Assembly (NCBI GenBank): GCA_963734955.1
Contig: CAVTJO010000010.1
Coordinates: 8,352-72,351, forward strand
Direction of reading: 5' to 3'
From: an uncultured Bacteroidota bacterium
GTDB lineage: Bacteria; Bacteroidota; Ignavibacteria; UBA10030; UBA6906
DNA: 64,000 nt
Below the pieces are notes generated by a model. The model was not told where the DNA came from. It saw nothing but the letters and a program-made list of their open reading frames with translations, and made no database searches. Each line of letters starts with the position of its first letter. The first letter of the stretch is position 1. The position numbers and the translations under genes were made by a program. Shown piece after piece: positions 1-10,733 of the stretch.

Positions 1-1096
1 GCAGACTTCCATCGGGATTGCGCGGCCCGCGGACGCCAGTCGTGTCGATGCTGACGAAGTCCGCATTTGTCACCACGAAGGGAGGCATCCAGCTGTTCGT
101 TCTCTGAATAACATACGAGCCGAGCGATCCATACGAGCCCAGTGCAACGCAGTTCTTCACCACAACCGATTCTGCGGAGGCAATTGCGCCAGAGATGCTG
201 TAGTTCGTTCCGTTGCGGTACGCTGTACAGTTCAACAGGACCATCGAACCCCTGTTATTGTTTTGATCGTATCCCTTCACCCTGTTGTCGAATGAGAGAC
301 AGTTCTTCAGTGTCATGTCGTGTCTCAAGCTGTCGGCGTTGCTGAGATCTCCGCCTCCCATTTTGTAGCCGTTGCCGTTGCCACTGCTCGGGAGCCCGGT
401 CTTCAGGTACCCGTTCATGAAACACCAGCAGTTCTCGAGTGTGGTTCTGACGTTGTTGGAGGGTCTTAAGTAGCCATCCCATCCATCGTCGGAGTTCTGC
501 CACGAGCGGCAGCCGTAGAAATAGTTATCCGTTCCTACATCGAGTTTCGGCGAAAACCCGTCAGCGTTCCCCTGGGTTGTATCTCTATTGAAGTATGAAT
601 CGCAATTGATGATCCGGTTATTGGATGCACCCCCGCCAAGTTGCAGACCAGTATCGTAGTTCTCGCTGAAGCTGCAGAATTCGATGATGTTGTTGGACCC
701 CGACATGTTCATCCCATTATCCCCCGCCCGCAGGATATCGAATCCCTTGATGTACCAGTAGCTTCCCGAGACTCTGATCCCGCGGCTCCCATAAGGTTCG
801 GTAGAGAAGTTGAGCAGCGGCCGTTCACCCGGGTACACGAGCAGATAGTATTTGCTTGCGTTGGTGCCACTTCTTGAGATGTTGATCGTACTAGGTGGGA
901 AGTATGTACCTCCACGGACATAGATGGACTCGCCGGGAACGGTCGCAACTGAAATAGCCTTGGGTATCGTCGCGAACGGATGTTCGAATGAGCCGTCACT
1001 GGTATCGCTCCCGGTGGTAGCCACGTAGAAGGTTTGTGAATTAAGCTCATATGCACAGACGACCAGAGCTGCGACGACAAAACAAAGGACTTTCAC
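1..1096 (-). CDS. Polysaccharide lyase family 9 (PelL-like pectate lyase), 3' end runs off the window
   Basis: Absent from the ORF track because there is no stop in the window. Manual translation from GTG 1096 (GGAG upstream): MKVLCFVVAALVVCAYELNSQTFYVATTGSD...RGGTY...NADGFSPK...NSDDGWD...GNGNGYKMGG. These are PL9 Ca-binding and catalytic-Lys motifs, preceded by a signal peptide. Confidence 0.9.
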   Translation of the reverse strand, partial: MKVLCFVVAALVVCAYELNSQTFYVATTGSDTSDGSFEHPFATIPKAISVATVPGESIYVRGGTYFPPSTINISRSGTNASKYYLLVYPGERPLLNFSTEPYGSRGIRVSGSYWYIKGFDILRAGDNGMNMSGSNNIIEFCSFSENYDTGLQLGGGASNNRIINCDSYFNRDTTQGNADGFSPKLDVGTDNYFYGCRSWQNSDDGWDGYLRPSNNVRTTLENCWCFMNGYLKTGLPSSGNGNGYKMGGGDLSNADSLRHDMTLKNCLSFDNRVKGYDQNNNRGSMVLLNCTAYRNGTNYSISGAIASAESVVVKNCVALGSYGSLGSYVIQRTNSWMPPFVVTNADFVSIDTTGVRGPRNPDGSL

Positions 1097-1197
1097 GTTC
1101 TCTCCACTATTCATGAAACAAGACAACTACATACGTCATTTACCTTGGACTTCAACTGCTATTTCCAGATTCAACGCTCGATCGATTCATTCCCGTC

Positions 1198-1865
1198 ATT
1201 TCAACAACATAAACTTCTTCAAATCGCTCCTATCCTTTTGAGCTGAGGAGGGTTACATCTCCATAGATCTCAGGTCCATCGTTGAAATTCGGGCCGCCAT
1301 TGGCACCGCTGTTTGTACCATTCCGCACCAAATTACAGAGCGTTTGGTTCCTCAGGTTGGTGGGCGTGGTTCCGGTGGTGCTGTCGATCCGACAAGTCGA
1401 ACCAGTGCGCCACACGTATGGCGGCATTGCAATATCCGCTCCCGCCGGCACGCTATAAATGAAGAATCCACCATTCTCAATGCTTATTCTCCCTGCGGCT
1501 GAAACAGTACCGAATTGATTCAGCGTGCCGTTCACGACCATGTCAACACTGTCGGCGCCATCTGCAACAGTCAGGGTGATCGTCGGCCTTACCGTCACGG
1601 TACCGTTCGAGTCAATGACAATCTGATCGGCAGAGAGATTTGAATCAATCGAGACGGTATGTCCACCAAGGATGCTGATGACACCATCGGACAACGTTGG
1701 TGCGGCCGGTGCAGGCGTTATCCAGGTCGCACCATTGAATCGCTCCCAGGAAGCAACATCGCTCCAGTTGCCTGTTTGATGAGTTCTGTAATCTCCGAGG
1801 GTCTGGGCATTAACAGGACCAACGATCCAGAACGCGGCAACCCAGGCCGCCAATAATTTTTTTAT
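1198..1865 (-). pseudogene. Internally deleted T9SS cargo gene, paralog of 7576..9177
   Basis: GAGGAG RBS followed by ATA (1863-1865) in place of ATG, reading (M)KKLLAAWV...AQTLGDYRT...WERFNG. The ORF stops at 1230. Immediately after, in another frame, is SDLKKFMLLK*, the last residues of a T9SS CTD. Confidence 0.75.
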
Positions 1866-1937
1866 AGTCTACTCCTCAACCAACACGGGTAACGGACCTG
1901 TTGTCATGATTTGTTTCCTCATCTGGTTTGATGAGTA

Positions 1938-3455
1938 CTACAATCGTGTCGATATCGCCATGGGAAGAAGCCATCGAAAAAGATTGCCTGCACCCACAGC
2001 ATTGTCATATCCTCCCGGTAACCTCCATGTGCCCATGTATTCATTGTAGAGCCAGGGATCACCAACAGCAAAAACTGCTCCTTTGCCAACGCGGGCGAAG
2101 GCCATGATGACGTCGCCCGTATCGGTTAAAATCGCTTGCGCAGGACCCTGCAACCGTAGCGTGCTCAATTCCTTGATGAATATCCGTCGCACGTCCTTGA
2201 AGATTGGATGGTCGGGTAACCTGTCAAAGGTCCCGGTCTCGAATGCCGCCCCCTGCACCTTGTTTCTACTGTCTCCGTTGAAATGAATCCCGAATTGGCT
2301 GGCAAGGTCGTTCAGATGTTCGAACTCAGCGTTGCCTTTGTCGTTCCCCATCAACATCAGCACACCGCCTTCTTTCACCCATCGAGTGATCGCATCAATA
2401 TCGCGCTGAGATATGTAGTTGGGTGAGTCGGTTTCCTGGGGGGTATCCGGATCAACGATCATGTAGATGCTCGCGTGCTTGAGCACGTCAGAGGTCGGTG
2501 CATGGTTCAGGGTGTCCATCGTACAGCCAAGGCGGAAGAGGATTGTCGCGAGCGTGGAAAAGCCGGAGTTAGCGGTATCGTTCCACACATAATGATAGCG
2601 GATGAGCTTCCCCTCCGCGTCTTTCTTCCATTCATTATTATAGTAGCAATCAAGGAGCACATTCTTTCCCGTACCGACAAATTCAGGTGGCTCATCCGCG
2701 ATCAGGAGGCCTTCCAATGGAAGATGAAGTTCCCGAATCTGATCAACAACGAGCCTGGCCACAACTGAGGCACCATACCAGCAAAAATGGGTATCGTCAC
2801 GTTTGCCGCCTGGCATCGCTGAAAACTCTCCGGCGCCAACGTGGAGGAATAGCTTTTTCGATTCTTCTTCGCCGAGTCGTTCCAGGAGATTCATGCTTTT
2901 GCGGTGCAGGTCAACTACAGGTACATTCTCCGCGGATCCAACTTCACGGACAACTCCCGGGTAGTCGCCATGGACATCATAGAATATACCCGTGGTGTCG
3001 AACCGCCTCCGCACAACTGGAGTGATAAGCACGGGATGCGCTCCCTTTGCTTCTGTCTCGCGGACAAATCTCAACAGATTCGATTTGAAGTCTGTGTGGG
3101 CATCAGCAAACCGCGTCGAATCGTCCTTCTTCTCATCGTTGTGACCAAACTGAATCAGCACATAGTCGCCTGATTTCAACTTATTGCGTACTTCCTCCCA
3201 TCGCCCCTCCTTGATGAAGCTCTTTGTACTGCGTCCATTCCTTGCATCGTTTTCGATGTGAATCTCTGGACGAACATAAAGCGCAAACACCTGACCCCAC
3301 CCACGCTCAGGGCTGCCGGTAAGCGGCTTGTCTGCCATTGTTGAGTCGCCAATGAGATAAATCGCAGGACCAGATTGACCAAGCCATCCCCATGTAAGAA
3401 TTGCAGCAACAACAAGTCCAGTACGGACGATGCAATTCCCGGACAATCTCGTCAT
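1938..3455 (-). CDS. Rhamnogalacturonan acetylesterase (CE12, SGNH) fused to a C-terminal DUF4350-like domain
   Basis: IGDSTMA, GWGQ, QFGHND and DDTH SGNH blocks. C-terminal half LLDCYYNNE...MIVDPD...LMGND...FAVGDPWLYNEY. Confidence 0.85.
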   Translation of the reverse strand: MTRLSGNCIVRTGLVVAAILTWGWLGQSGPAIYLIGDSTMADKPLTGSPERGWGQVFALYVRPEIHIENDARNGRSTKSFIKEGRWEEVRNKLKSGDYVLIQFGHNDEKKDDSTRFADAHTDFKSNLLRFVRETEAKGAHPVLITPVVRRRFDTTGIFYDVHGDYPGVVREVGSAENVPVVDLHRKSMNLLERLGEEESKKLFLHVGAGEFSAMPGGKRDDTHFCWYGASVVARLVVDQIRELHLPLEGLLIADEPPEFVGTGKNVLLDCYYNNEWKKDAEGKLIRYHYVWNDTANSGFSTLATILFRLGCTMDTLNHAPTSDVLKHASIYMIVDPDTPQETDSPNYISQRDIDAITRWVKEGGVLMLMGNDKGNAEFEHLNDLASQFGIHFNGDSRNKVQGAAFETGTFDRLPDHPIFKDVRRIFIKELSTLRLQGPAQAILTDTGDVIMAFARVGKGAVFAVGDPWLYNEYMGTWRLPGGYDNAVGAGNLFRWLLPMAISTRL

Positions 3456-4558
3456 CCTTTGGGCTCCTCGGCCACCTTCTGATCGACTGGAACAGCCCCA
3501 TTACCATTCCCTTTGGAAGGCACGATCACATTCTTGCCCGTGCAGGTTTCACGCAGAACCAGCTCAGTCGGAATGACGAGGTTCTGTTCTACCATCGACT
3601 CGGGATACGCGAGTGTCTTCAGCATTAACTCCACCGCTTTTGACCCTAACTCGTACGACGGTTGAGCGACACAACTCAATGAAGGGGAAATCACCCTGCT
3701 CACATCACTGTCCCCGAAACAGATGATATCAACATCGTCAGGGATGTGAAGCCCGAGCTCCTTCGTCGCCTCATACACACCAAGGGCAATCGGGTAGGTC
3801 ATCGCAAAAATGAACTCGGGGATATGCCCGCTGCTATGGAAGTGCATGAAGCCGTCATAGCCGACGTTCTTGCCAAAGCCGCCGGTAACAATCCAATCCT
3901 TCCGGACAGGGACCGAATGCTGGTTCATGGCTTGTTCGAACCCCAGCATCCGGTTCTTACCGATGTTAATGTGCGTGTTGCCCCCGATGCAGGCGATTTT
4001 CCTGTAGCCCACTTTGATTGCCTGTTCAACGGCCTTGAAGGCGCCGCCTTTGTCATCCACAACCACGCTGCTGAAACCGGGCAACGCCGGCTCCGGACGG
4101 CGGTCGAGAAACATGACGGGGATTCCCATCTTGCGGATTCTGGTAAACACCTCAAGATCCTTCGTAGCCTGTGAAATGGAAACGATAATTCCATCAACAC
4201 GCATCGAGGCGAGGGTTTGAAGATGCTTGCGCTCACGATCGGGGTTCTCCTGCGAGACGGTCAGGATCGTTTCATAGTTGTTTGCAAAGGCCATGTCATA
4301 CACACCTTCGATCACCGATCCGAAGAAGAAATGCGCAATCTTGGGGACCACGAGCCCAATCATGCTGGACCGGCGGGATGAAAGGCTCCGTGCAATGATA
4401 TTGGGGCTGTATCCAAGATCATTCGCGATCTTGCGAACGCGTTTCGTTGTTTCGACTGAGATATCCGGGTGCCCACGCAAAGCTTTCGATACCGTTACGC
4501 GTGATACATCCAGCTTCCTGGCAATGTCGTCAAGTGTTATGTGCGAGCGTCGTTTCAT
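3452..4558 (-). CDS. LacI-family transcriptional regulator
   Basis: ITLDDIARKLDVSRVTVSKAL HTH, LGYSPN hinge, periplasmic-binding-fold C-terminus ending LVLRET. Confidence 0.95.
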   Translation of the reverse strand: MKRRSHITLDDIARKLDVSRVTVSKALRGHPDISVETTKRVRKIANDLGYSPNIIARSLSSRRSSMIGLVVPKIAHFFFGSVIEGVYDMAFANNYETILTVSQENPDRERKHLQTLASMRVDGIIVSISQATKDLEVFTRIRKMGIPVMFLDRRPEPALPGFSSVVVDDKGGAFKAVEQAIKVGYRKIACIGGNTHINIGKNRMLGFEQAMNQHSVPVRKDWIVTGGFGKNVGYDGFMHFHSSGHIPEFIFAMTYPIALGVYEATKELGLHIPDDVDIICFGDSDVSRVISPSLSCVAQPSYELGSKAVELMLKTLAYPESMVEQNLVIPTELVLRETCTGKNVIVPSKGNGNGAVPVDQKVAEEPKG

Positions 4559-4615
4559 ACGATTCTTTCAGCATTATGCGAGTGTGTACAACCCGGCGTT
4601 GTCCGCTCGCTGACT

Positions 4616-5848
4616 TCAATGTTTTCCCTGCTCGAGCTCGATGGCTGCAAGGAGGAATGGACCGATACCCTTCATGTCGTTCGTCGTTTGTTGCTCGCTG
4701 ATGTAGTACTCAAAGCTGCCGTCCCGATACGGTACATTTCCAAGGCCCGCCCCTTTGCACGTGTTGTGCAGATCCACAAGCCCATCCGGATTGATCGTAA
4801 CAAAGTTCTTGATGACGTCTTCAAAAGATTCTTCTGCGATACGGAGAAATGACTTGTCCAAATAACCTTTGCCCGCGCCTTTCGCAAAGGTGTACACGAA
4901 CATGCATGACGCAGAGGACTCCAGATAATTTCCCTTTCGCGCACCCTGGTCCACGACCTGATACCAGAGGTGGGACTCCCGATCACGATACTTCATTAGG
5001 GCATCACACAGTCCTCGCAGAATTGCGATGAGCTCATTCCGCCCGGGATGATCGGCCGGAAAGTAGTCGAGCACATCGACAAGCCCCATGGCATACCATC
5101 CCATGGCCCTTCCCCAGAAGCTTGGGGAACATCCTGTTTCAGGATTCGCCCAGCGTTCTTTCCGGCTTTCGTCCCAGCCATGATAGTATAGACCCGTCAC
5201 TGTATCGCGAGTATGGTGCGCAATCCAGATGAACTGATTCGCGATATCATCAAATGCTTCGCTGTCATCAAACATCCTGGAATACAGCGCGTAAAACGGC
5301 TCCGCCATGTACAAACCATCCAGCCACATCTGGTACGGATAGATCTTCTTGTGCCAGAATCCACCTTCTTGAGTACGCGGCTGTTCCCGAAGTTGACGTC
5401 GCAAGGTATCAGCGGCGGCACGAAACTTCTCTCGATGTGTCGCCTCGTATGCTGCGAGAAGGGCTCTCCCGGGGTTCACAAGGTCCAGATTGTAATCGGA
5501 GAGCTTGTACGTCCGAATAGCGCCGCTTTCCTCAATGTACTGGTCAAGGTTCTTCCGGACAAAATCAAAATACTTCTTTTCACCGGAGTTGGTCGACATC
5601 TTGCCGAGCGCCAAAAGCATGAGCCCTTGTTCGTAGGTCCATCTACGATCAGGCATACCGGTGTCATAGGTAACCGCGTCGGGGTGACGAGAGAGAAAAG
5701 TGTCAGCAATCCTGGCAGACCATGGCTTACCTGAGATGATGGTCGAATCACCTTCCGCCGCATCACATACAAGCGGGCCAACCATCATGGCAACAACTGC
5801 GGAAAGAAGAGCGCTCATGCCATCCCCACGAAGAACCAATCCCACCAA
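4616..5848 (-). CDS. GH105 unsaturated rhamnogalacturonyl hydrolase (YteR-like); start may be ATG 5818
   Basis: WTYEQG, YNLD, GGFWHKKIYPYQMWLDGLYMAEPF, YHGWDES, WGRAMGW, ESSASCM motifs. Confidence 0.92.
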   Translation of the reverse strand: MVGLVLRGDGMSALLSAVVAMMVGPLVCDAAEGDSTIISGKPWSARIADTFLSRHPDAVTYDTGMPDRRWTYEQGLMLLALGKMSTNSGEKKYFDFVRKNLDQYIEESGAIRTYKLSDYNLDLVNPGRALLAAYEATHREKFRAAADTLRRQLREQPRTQEGGFWHKKIYPYQMWLDGLYMAEPFYALYSRMFDDSEAFDDIANQFIWIAHHTRDTVTGLYYHGWDESRKERWANPETGCSPSFWGRAMGWYAMGLVDVLDYFPADHPGRNELIAILRGLCDALMKYRDRESHLWYQVVDQGARKGNYLESSASCMFVYTFAKGAGKGYLDKSFLRIAEESFEDVIKNFVTINPDGLVDLHNTCKGAGLGNVPYRDGSFEYYISEQQTTNDMKGIGPFLLAAIELEQGKH

Positions 5849-5891
5849 ACATCGTTGAGGCGGAAATTTGAATATTCCCCTGATTGTGGAT

Positions 5892-7502
5892 TCATTCCGT
5901 TATCTTGACTGCCCCCGGGGCAACGTCGGCACCGAGCAACAGCACCATCTTTGCCTTCGTGGTGTCCATGCCGGCGATCTTGATTCCATTTGCATTCGGT
6001 CCATTCACTTTCACCAGTGGATCAGCCCCAGGAGGTGCATTCACGCCGTCAAACACAATCCCTTCACCATCAGTGATGGAAATTGCCGGCCATGTTCCTG
6101 GGTTGATCCGAATATCCGAGAACCGGACACCCTTGACATCGGTACACGCGATCCCTTTTGCTGCGTTCATCGCAAGGTGATCGAACGTGATATCTTTGAT
6201 GGGCATTTCAGGCAGCCCCAACATTTCCACAGCAAAGCTCTTTCCGGAAGTGCATGATATGCTGTCGAAGTGAATCTCCTGCATTCGAGGGGTCGCATCG
6301 GTGACCGCCTGGGCTGGAAAACGCGTACCGGTATAGAGCATGTTAAGATGGATTGCCTCGAGCGCGATCTCGTCCCCTTGCAGGCTACGGAACCACATAT
6401 TCTCCAGCACCCCACCGCGGCCTCTCGTTGTCTTAAGACGAACAATGCGATCGGTGCCGGTGAATGAACAGTCGTGGGCGAAGATGTTCCTGATGCCCCC
6501 CGAAGTCTCACTCCCGATGACGATGCCACCGTGTCCTCTTAGACCGCGGCAATAGCGAACCACAACGTTTTCGGTAGGCAACCCAACCCGCAAGCCATCC
6601 CTATCCCGCCCCGCCTTGATGGCAATACAATCGTCGCCGGTGTCAAACTCGCAGTATTCTATAAGAACATTTTTGCAGGAAGAAGGATCGACCCCATCAC
6701 CGTTCGGCGTATGTCCATAGGATCCTTCCGTCTCGATCCGCACATTCCGGACAATCACATTCTCACAGTAGGTCGGGGTAATCGTCCAAAATGCACCATA
6801 CAAGAACGTGACACCTTCGACAAGGATGTTCTTACATCGCATAGGTTGAAAAAACGCCGGGCGGAGGTGGTTGTTGTTCTTCCCGTCGAACACCCGTTGA
6901 TCGACCGGGACATCGTTATTCCCCATCTCAACCAGACGAGTCTCAGAGTCTTTATTCTGTTCCTTCAGTCGCCACCACGGCTTCCCTTGTCCACTAAGGA
7001 TTCCTTCCCCCGTGACTGCAATGTTGGTTTTACCATTTGCGTAGATGAACGCCGAGTATTTATAGCATTCCGTGTCTTCGTGCCGGGAGAACACGACGGG
7101 GAGATAGTCATCGAAGTCTTGACTGAAGAGAAGCTCGGCTCCCGCTGTTAAATGAAGGTTGATGTTGTTGTCAAGATGAATTGCACCTGTTAACCACTTG
7201 CCTTTGGGAATGATAATGGTTCCACCGCCAGCCTTCGTGGCAGCCTTGATAGCGTCACGGATCGCACTGGTATTCTTGACCTGGCCTCCCTCGACTGCGC
7301 CAAAATCACGGATGTCGAAGCTCCAGTCAGGGAAGACCGGCCTCGACATCTGCGGCATCGCAAACGGAGCGCCAAGAGGTGCAATATCCTGGGGCACGGG
7401 TCTGCCCAAGCCGCGCTGTGCGATCGCCGGGTGGATGCAGAGATCACCCACCAAAACAAGCGTGGCGAAAACCAACTTCTGACTATAGGATATCGAAGTC
7501 AT
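5892..7502 (-). CDS. GH28 polygalacturonase / rhamnogalacturonase
   Basis: NGDGVD, GDDCIAIK, GHGGIVIGSE and RLKT GH28 motifs; signal peptide. Confidence 0.92.
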   Translation of the reverse strand: MTSISYSQKLVFATLVLVGDLCIHPAIAQRGLGRPVPQDIAPLGAPFAMPQMSRPVFPDWSFDIRDFGAVEGGQVKNTSAIRDAIKAATKAGGGTIIIPKGKWLTGAIHLDNNINLHLTAGAELLFSQDFDDYLPVVFSRHEDTECYKYSAFIYANGKTNIAVTGEGILSGQGKPWWRLKEQNKDSETRLVEMGNNDVPVDQRVFDGKNNNHLRPAFFQPMRCKNILVEGVTFLYGAFWTITPTYCENVIVRNVRIETEGSYGHTPNGDGVDPSSCKNVLIEYCEFDTGDDCIAIKAGRDRDGLRVGLPTENVVVRYCRGLRGHGGIVIGSETSGGIRNIFAHDCSFTGTDRIVRLKTTRGRGGVLENMWFRSLQGDEIALEAIHLNMLYTGTRFPAQAVTDATPRMQEIHFDSISCTSGKSFAVEMLGLPEMPIKDITFDHLAMNAAKGIACTDVKGVRFSDIRINPGTWPAISITDGEGIVFDGVNAPPGADPLVKVNGPNANGIKIAGMDTTKAKMVLLLGADVAPGAVKITE

Positions 7503-7575
7503 GCCAGGTCAAGAAAATGTAATTGTGAATTGATCTATTTGTCAAACTATTCGAATCGTCCCAGCACACGGCTGT

Positions 7576-9177
7576 CTATTTTATCAGGATCATACGTTTG
7601 GTATCGACGGTTGTGCCTGCTTGAACACGAAGGAGATAGACGCCCGTGCTCTGGTTCGATGCATCAAACCGCAGCTCATGAACTCCCGCAGCCAGTCGGC
7701 CTGAGAACAACGTGGCTATCTCCTGTCCCAACAGATTGTAGACTCGAGCTGTGACAGCCATTTCCTGAGGTAATCCGAATTTGATGTTCGTACTCGGATT
7801 GAACGGATTGGGATAGTTCTGATCGACAAAAAAGGACTGTGGAACATTCGCGTCGGGCGTTGTCACTTGGGTCAGGGCTCCTCCCTCCTGGGAGACATGT
7901 CCGTTGGGCCCGAGTGTGTATCCCGTACCGCGACCAATATCAAACTGCCCTGCCCTCAGATGCAGTGTGTCGTTAATGAGAATATGTTTCGATAGAAAGA
8001 CAGTTGTGGGATTGTTTATGATAACATCTGCAAGTGTATCAGGGAGGAAGAGTCCGGTTTGTTGTACGACTGAACCGTTGAAGCCGTAGTTTGCACCTAT
8101 GGAAAAGAAGTTGCCGCCACCCTGAGCACCGGTGGATGTAATGTTTCCGTTGAGACCATTAGGATGTCCGGAATAGACTGTTCCACCTCCGAGCACTCTG
8201 AAACTCCCGGTACTTGAGTTCGGAGCCGTGCCGAGATCAGAAGTACCAAGATTGAGAATCGAGCCACTTGCAACATCGTAGTTTACAGGAGAACCTGATC
8301 CGGATCCGTAGGTCACGTTCGTCAACGTAAGCGTCTGAACGCCTTGTCGCGAAAACACAAATCGTCCACCACTGGGGTTCGAGTTTTGGGATGTGCAATT
8401 GGACAACGACATGTCCCCATACTGATACCATGTCGTCGTTCCAGTTCCTCCCTGACTGCCTCTGCTCACCGCAAAATTGCCGCCGGTGACGACGACATTC
8501 CCATAACAAAATACCGTGTCATTTGTCGCCGTGCCTGTGCCATTCGTGCCGAAATTTCCTGCCTGCATGATCATATTGCCCATGATCGTGACCGAGCCAC
8601 TGCTGCTCGCCATAAAATAGAAACGACCGGTGTTGGAAGTCACCAGTGTGACATCGCCGCGGAATGTCGCCCCATATGCACCAAGAGAAGTGTTCCCTGT
8701 CTGATTCGGGCAATTCCACACCAAGTTATAGAAATTCTGACTGCCGCCACCGGGAATAGAGGTGACTCCCAACGTTCCCGTCACCGTGCACGTCGACCCC
8801 GTGCTCCAAGTGGCCGCCGGTATCACACCGCCATTCTGTGCGTGTTCATATGTTCCTCCACTGGCAACCGTCAGGTTCGTGGGTGATCCAGGTCCCAATG
8901 ACCCCTGGTTGACCAGGCTTCCCGTGATATTCACCGCAACATTGACGTAGATCGAGTCGCCGGCCAGGATGGTGATTACGTGCGACCCGTCAGGCGGAGT
9001 CGGCGCCAGTGTCCAGGCGCTTCCGTTCCACCGTTCCCAATAACCGGCGGTGTTCCATACTCCTCCTGTCGGCAACGGGGCAACACTCCGGTAATCACCT
9101 ACCGCTTGTGCAGACACACTCGCGAATGAGGCAAGCGTCAGCAGAAGAACGGCCAAAACCCAAGAGAAAGATTTCAT
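7576..9177 (-). CDS. Secreted G/S/T/N-rich beta-solenoid-like protein with T9SS type A sorting domain
   Basis: AGGAGG RBS before ATG 9177 (MKSFSWVL...SAQ signal peptide). C-terminus QNYPNPFNPSTNIKF...YNLLGQEI...GVYLLRV...KRMILIK. Confidence 0.88.
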   Translation of the reverse strand: MKSFSWVLAVLLLTLASFASVSAQAVGDYRSVAPLPTGGVWNTAGYWERWNGSAWTLAPTPPDGSHVITILAGDSIYVNVAVNITGSLVNQGSLGPGSPTNLTVASGGTYEHAQNGGVIPAATWSTGSTCTVTGTLGVTSIPGGGSQNFYNLVWNCPNQTGNTSLGAYGATFRGDVTLVTSNTGRFYFMASSSGSVTIMGNMIMQAGNFGTNGTGTATNDTVFCYGNVVVTGGNFAVSRGSQGGTGTTTWYQYGDMSLSNCTSQNSNPSGGRFVFSRQGVQTLTLTNVTYGSGSGSPVNYDVASGSILNLGTSDLGTAPNSSTGSFRVLGGGTVYSGHPNGLNGNITSTGAQGGGNFFSIGANYGFNGSVVQQTGLFLPDTLADVIINNPTTVFLSKHILINDTLHLRAGQFDIGRGTGYTLGPNGHVSQEGGALTQVTTPDANVPQSFFVDQNYPNPFNPSTNIKFGLPQEMAVTARVYNLLGQEIATLFSGRLAAGVHELRFDASNQSTGVYLLRVQAGTTVDTKRMILIK

Positions 9178-9247
9178 GTTGCACCTCCTTAAATGAATTG
9201 ACAGAACAACCATTGTAAATAACTTTCATAAAGCACTTCTGTTACCG

Positions 9248-10733
9248 CTATTCTCCCGACCAAGGCAACTCATACGCAATGTCTGCGACAATTGTATGGC
9301 GTGAGTCTTTGTTGAGACTGATGGCACTAGCCCAGATGTCCTGGTATTTCATCTGCGCATATTCATACGTGATGTTCAAACGGGCCGGACCAAACAGAAG
9401 TCCGCACCCGGTGGAGAAGATCGAATAGCTCACCGGTTCGCCCGCTATGGGATTCCCTTCCGGCTCAAACACTTCAGCTTGCCCGCGGATTCCAGCACGC
9501 ACTATGAGCCACGAAGCAGGAGTGTACTGAGCCCCGACGTGAAAGAGATCCGATGAGAGCCATGGATTGGAGGCCACACCGCTTGCATCGGTGTACTTTG
9601 CCTGGGCATAGGATCTGATCTCGTATTCAAATCCGAGTTGCAGGTTCTCGCGCACCGCAATCGACAAACCAACGGTCCCCCGCCAAGGCAGTCGCATCTT
9701 GTCCTGACCGACGTCTGAAGTCACTGTCGGTGTTCCCATCGTGTCGACTGATATCCGAGCCGAGTACTTCCTCGTGATCGTCATCGGGTGGTTTTGCCGC
9801 AATACCGAGGGTTACGTACTTCCCGCGATAGATGGCACTGAACGTGAACTCGTTGCCATTGTAATCTGATGTCCCGATCTCACCGTATGACTGTACACAG
9901 AATCGAGCCTGAAGTAATTTGCATAAAATGTAAGATTGCCGCGGCCTGTGCGTTGCTCAAAATCATCCGTGCTTCCTTTCAACACCATCCCGCTAACGCC
10001 AAGGGAGATCTCTTCCGTCACCGCGCCAGAAAGCGCTCCACCATAGCCGTGGATTATTCCGTCACGCGATCGGGTGTACTGGAACCAACGGGCATCGAGG
10101 GTCGACACGTTCGATGGCAGGGGAAAAGGGGATGGACGTACAGACAGAATCGCTGGGGAGAGCACATTGTTGTTCTGATAGAAGAGCCTCAAATCGGCAT
10201 ACTCAACAGCTCCCGCTCCGACAGCGAACTTCATGTCCCCAACGGAAAACGGTACTCCGACGAGTGCTTGAACAAATTCGCCCTGTATTCTTCGAGTGCG
10301 ACCAGTTGGGACCAATGGTATCATGCGGTCTTTGTACAGTGTCTCCAGGATTTCTCCCGGGAATGGATGTGTCCGGATTGGGAATGTATCCTGTCAACCC
10401 CTCCATGAGGAGGCTGAAGTTCGAATAATACTTGAGCGGACCATATTGTTGCACCTGGGTGGTCTTGGCGTACTGTTGTACTCCGCCGAAAGACACTTGA
10501 ATTGCCTTGAGACTTTGGAGCAATGCCGGGTTGGAGAACATCAGTCCCACGTCATTCTGAATCCCAATTGTCACGCCGCCGGCAGCTCTCGATGCCGCCG
10601 ACTGCAACGTGGTACGGTCAAGGCCCTGGATGGTCAACGGGTCGCCATACCCCTGAGCAAGGACAACCTGTGCAAAAAAGATACAGCAGGCCGCTGTGCT
10701 GACAAGAGACAGTGTTCGAAATGGTTGCTTCAT
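9248..10733 (-). CDS. Outer-membrane beta-barrel protein (FadL/PorV-like), one gene broken by 3 single-base indels
   Basis: Signal peptide and 'ASRAAGG...MFSNPA' N-terminal motif, amphipathic strands and terminal IAYELPW. The frames join at about 10280 (+1), 9872 (-1) and 9787 (+1), all in short homopolymers. Confidence 0.7.
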
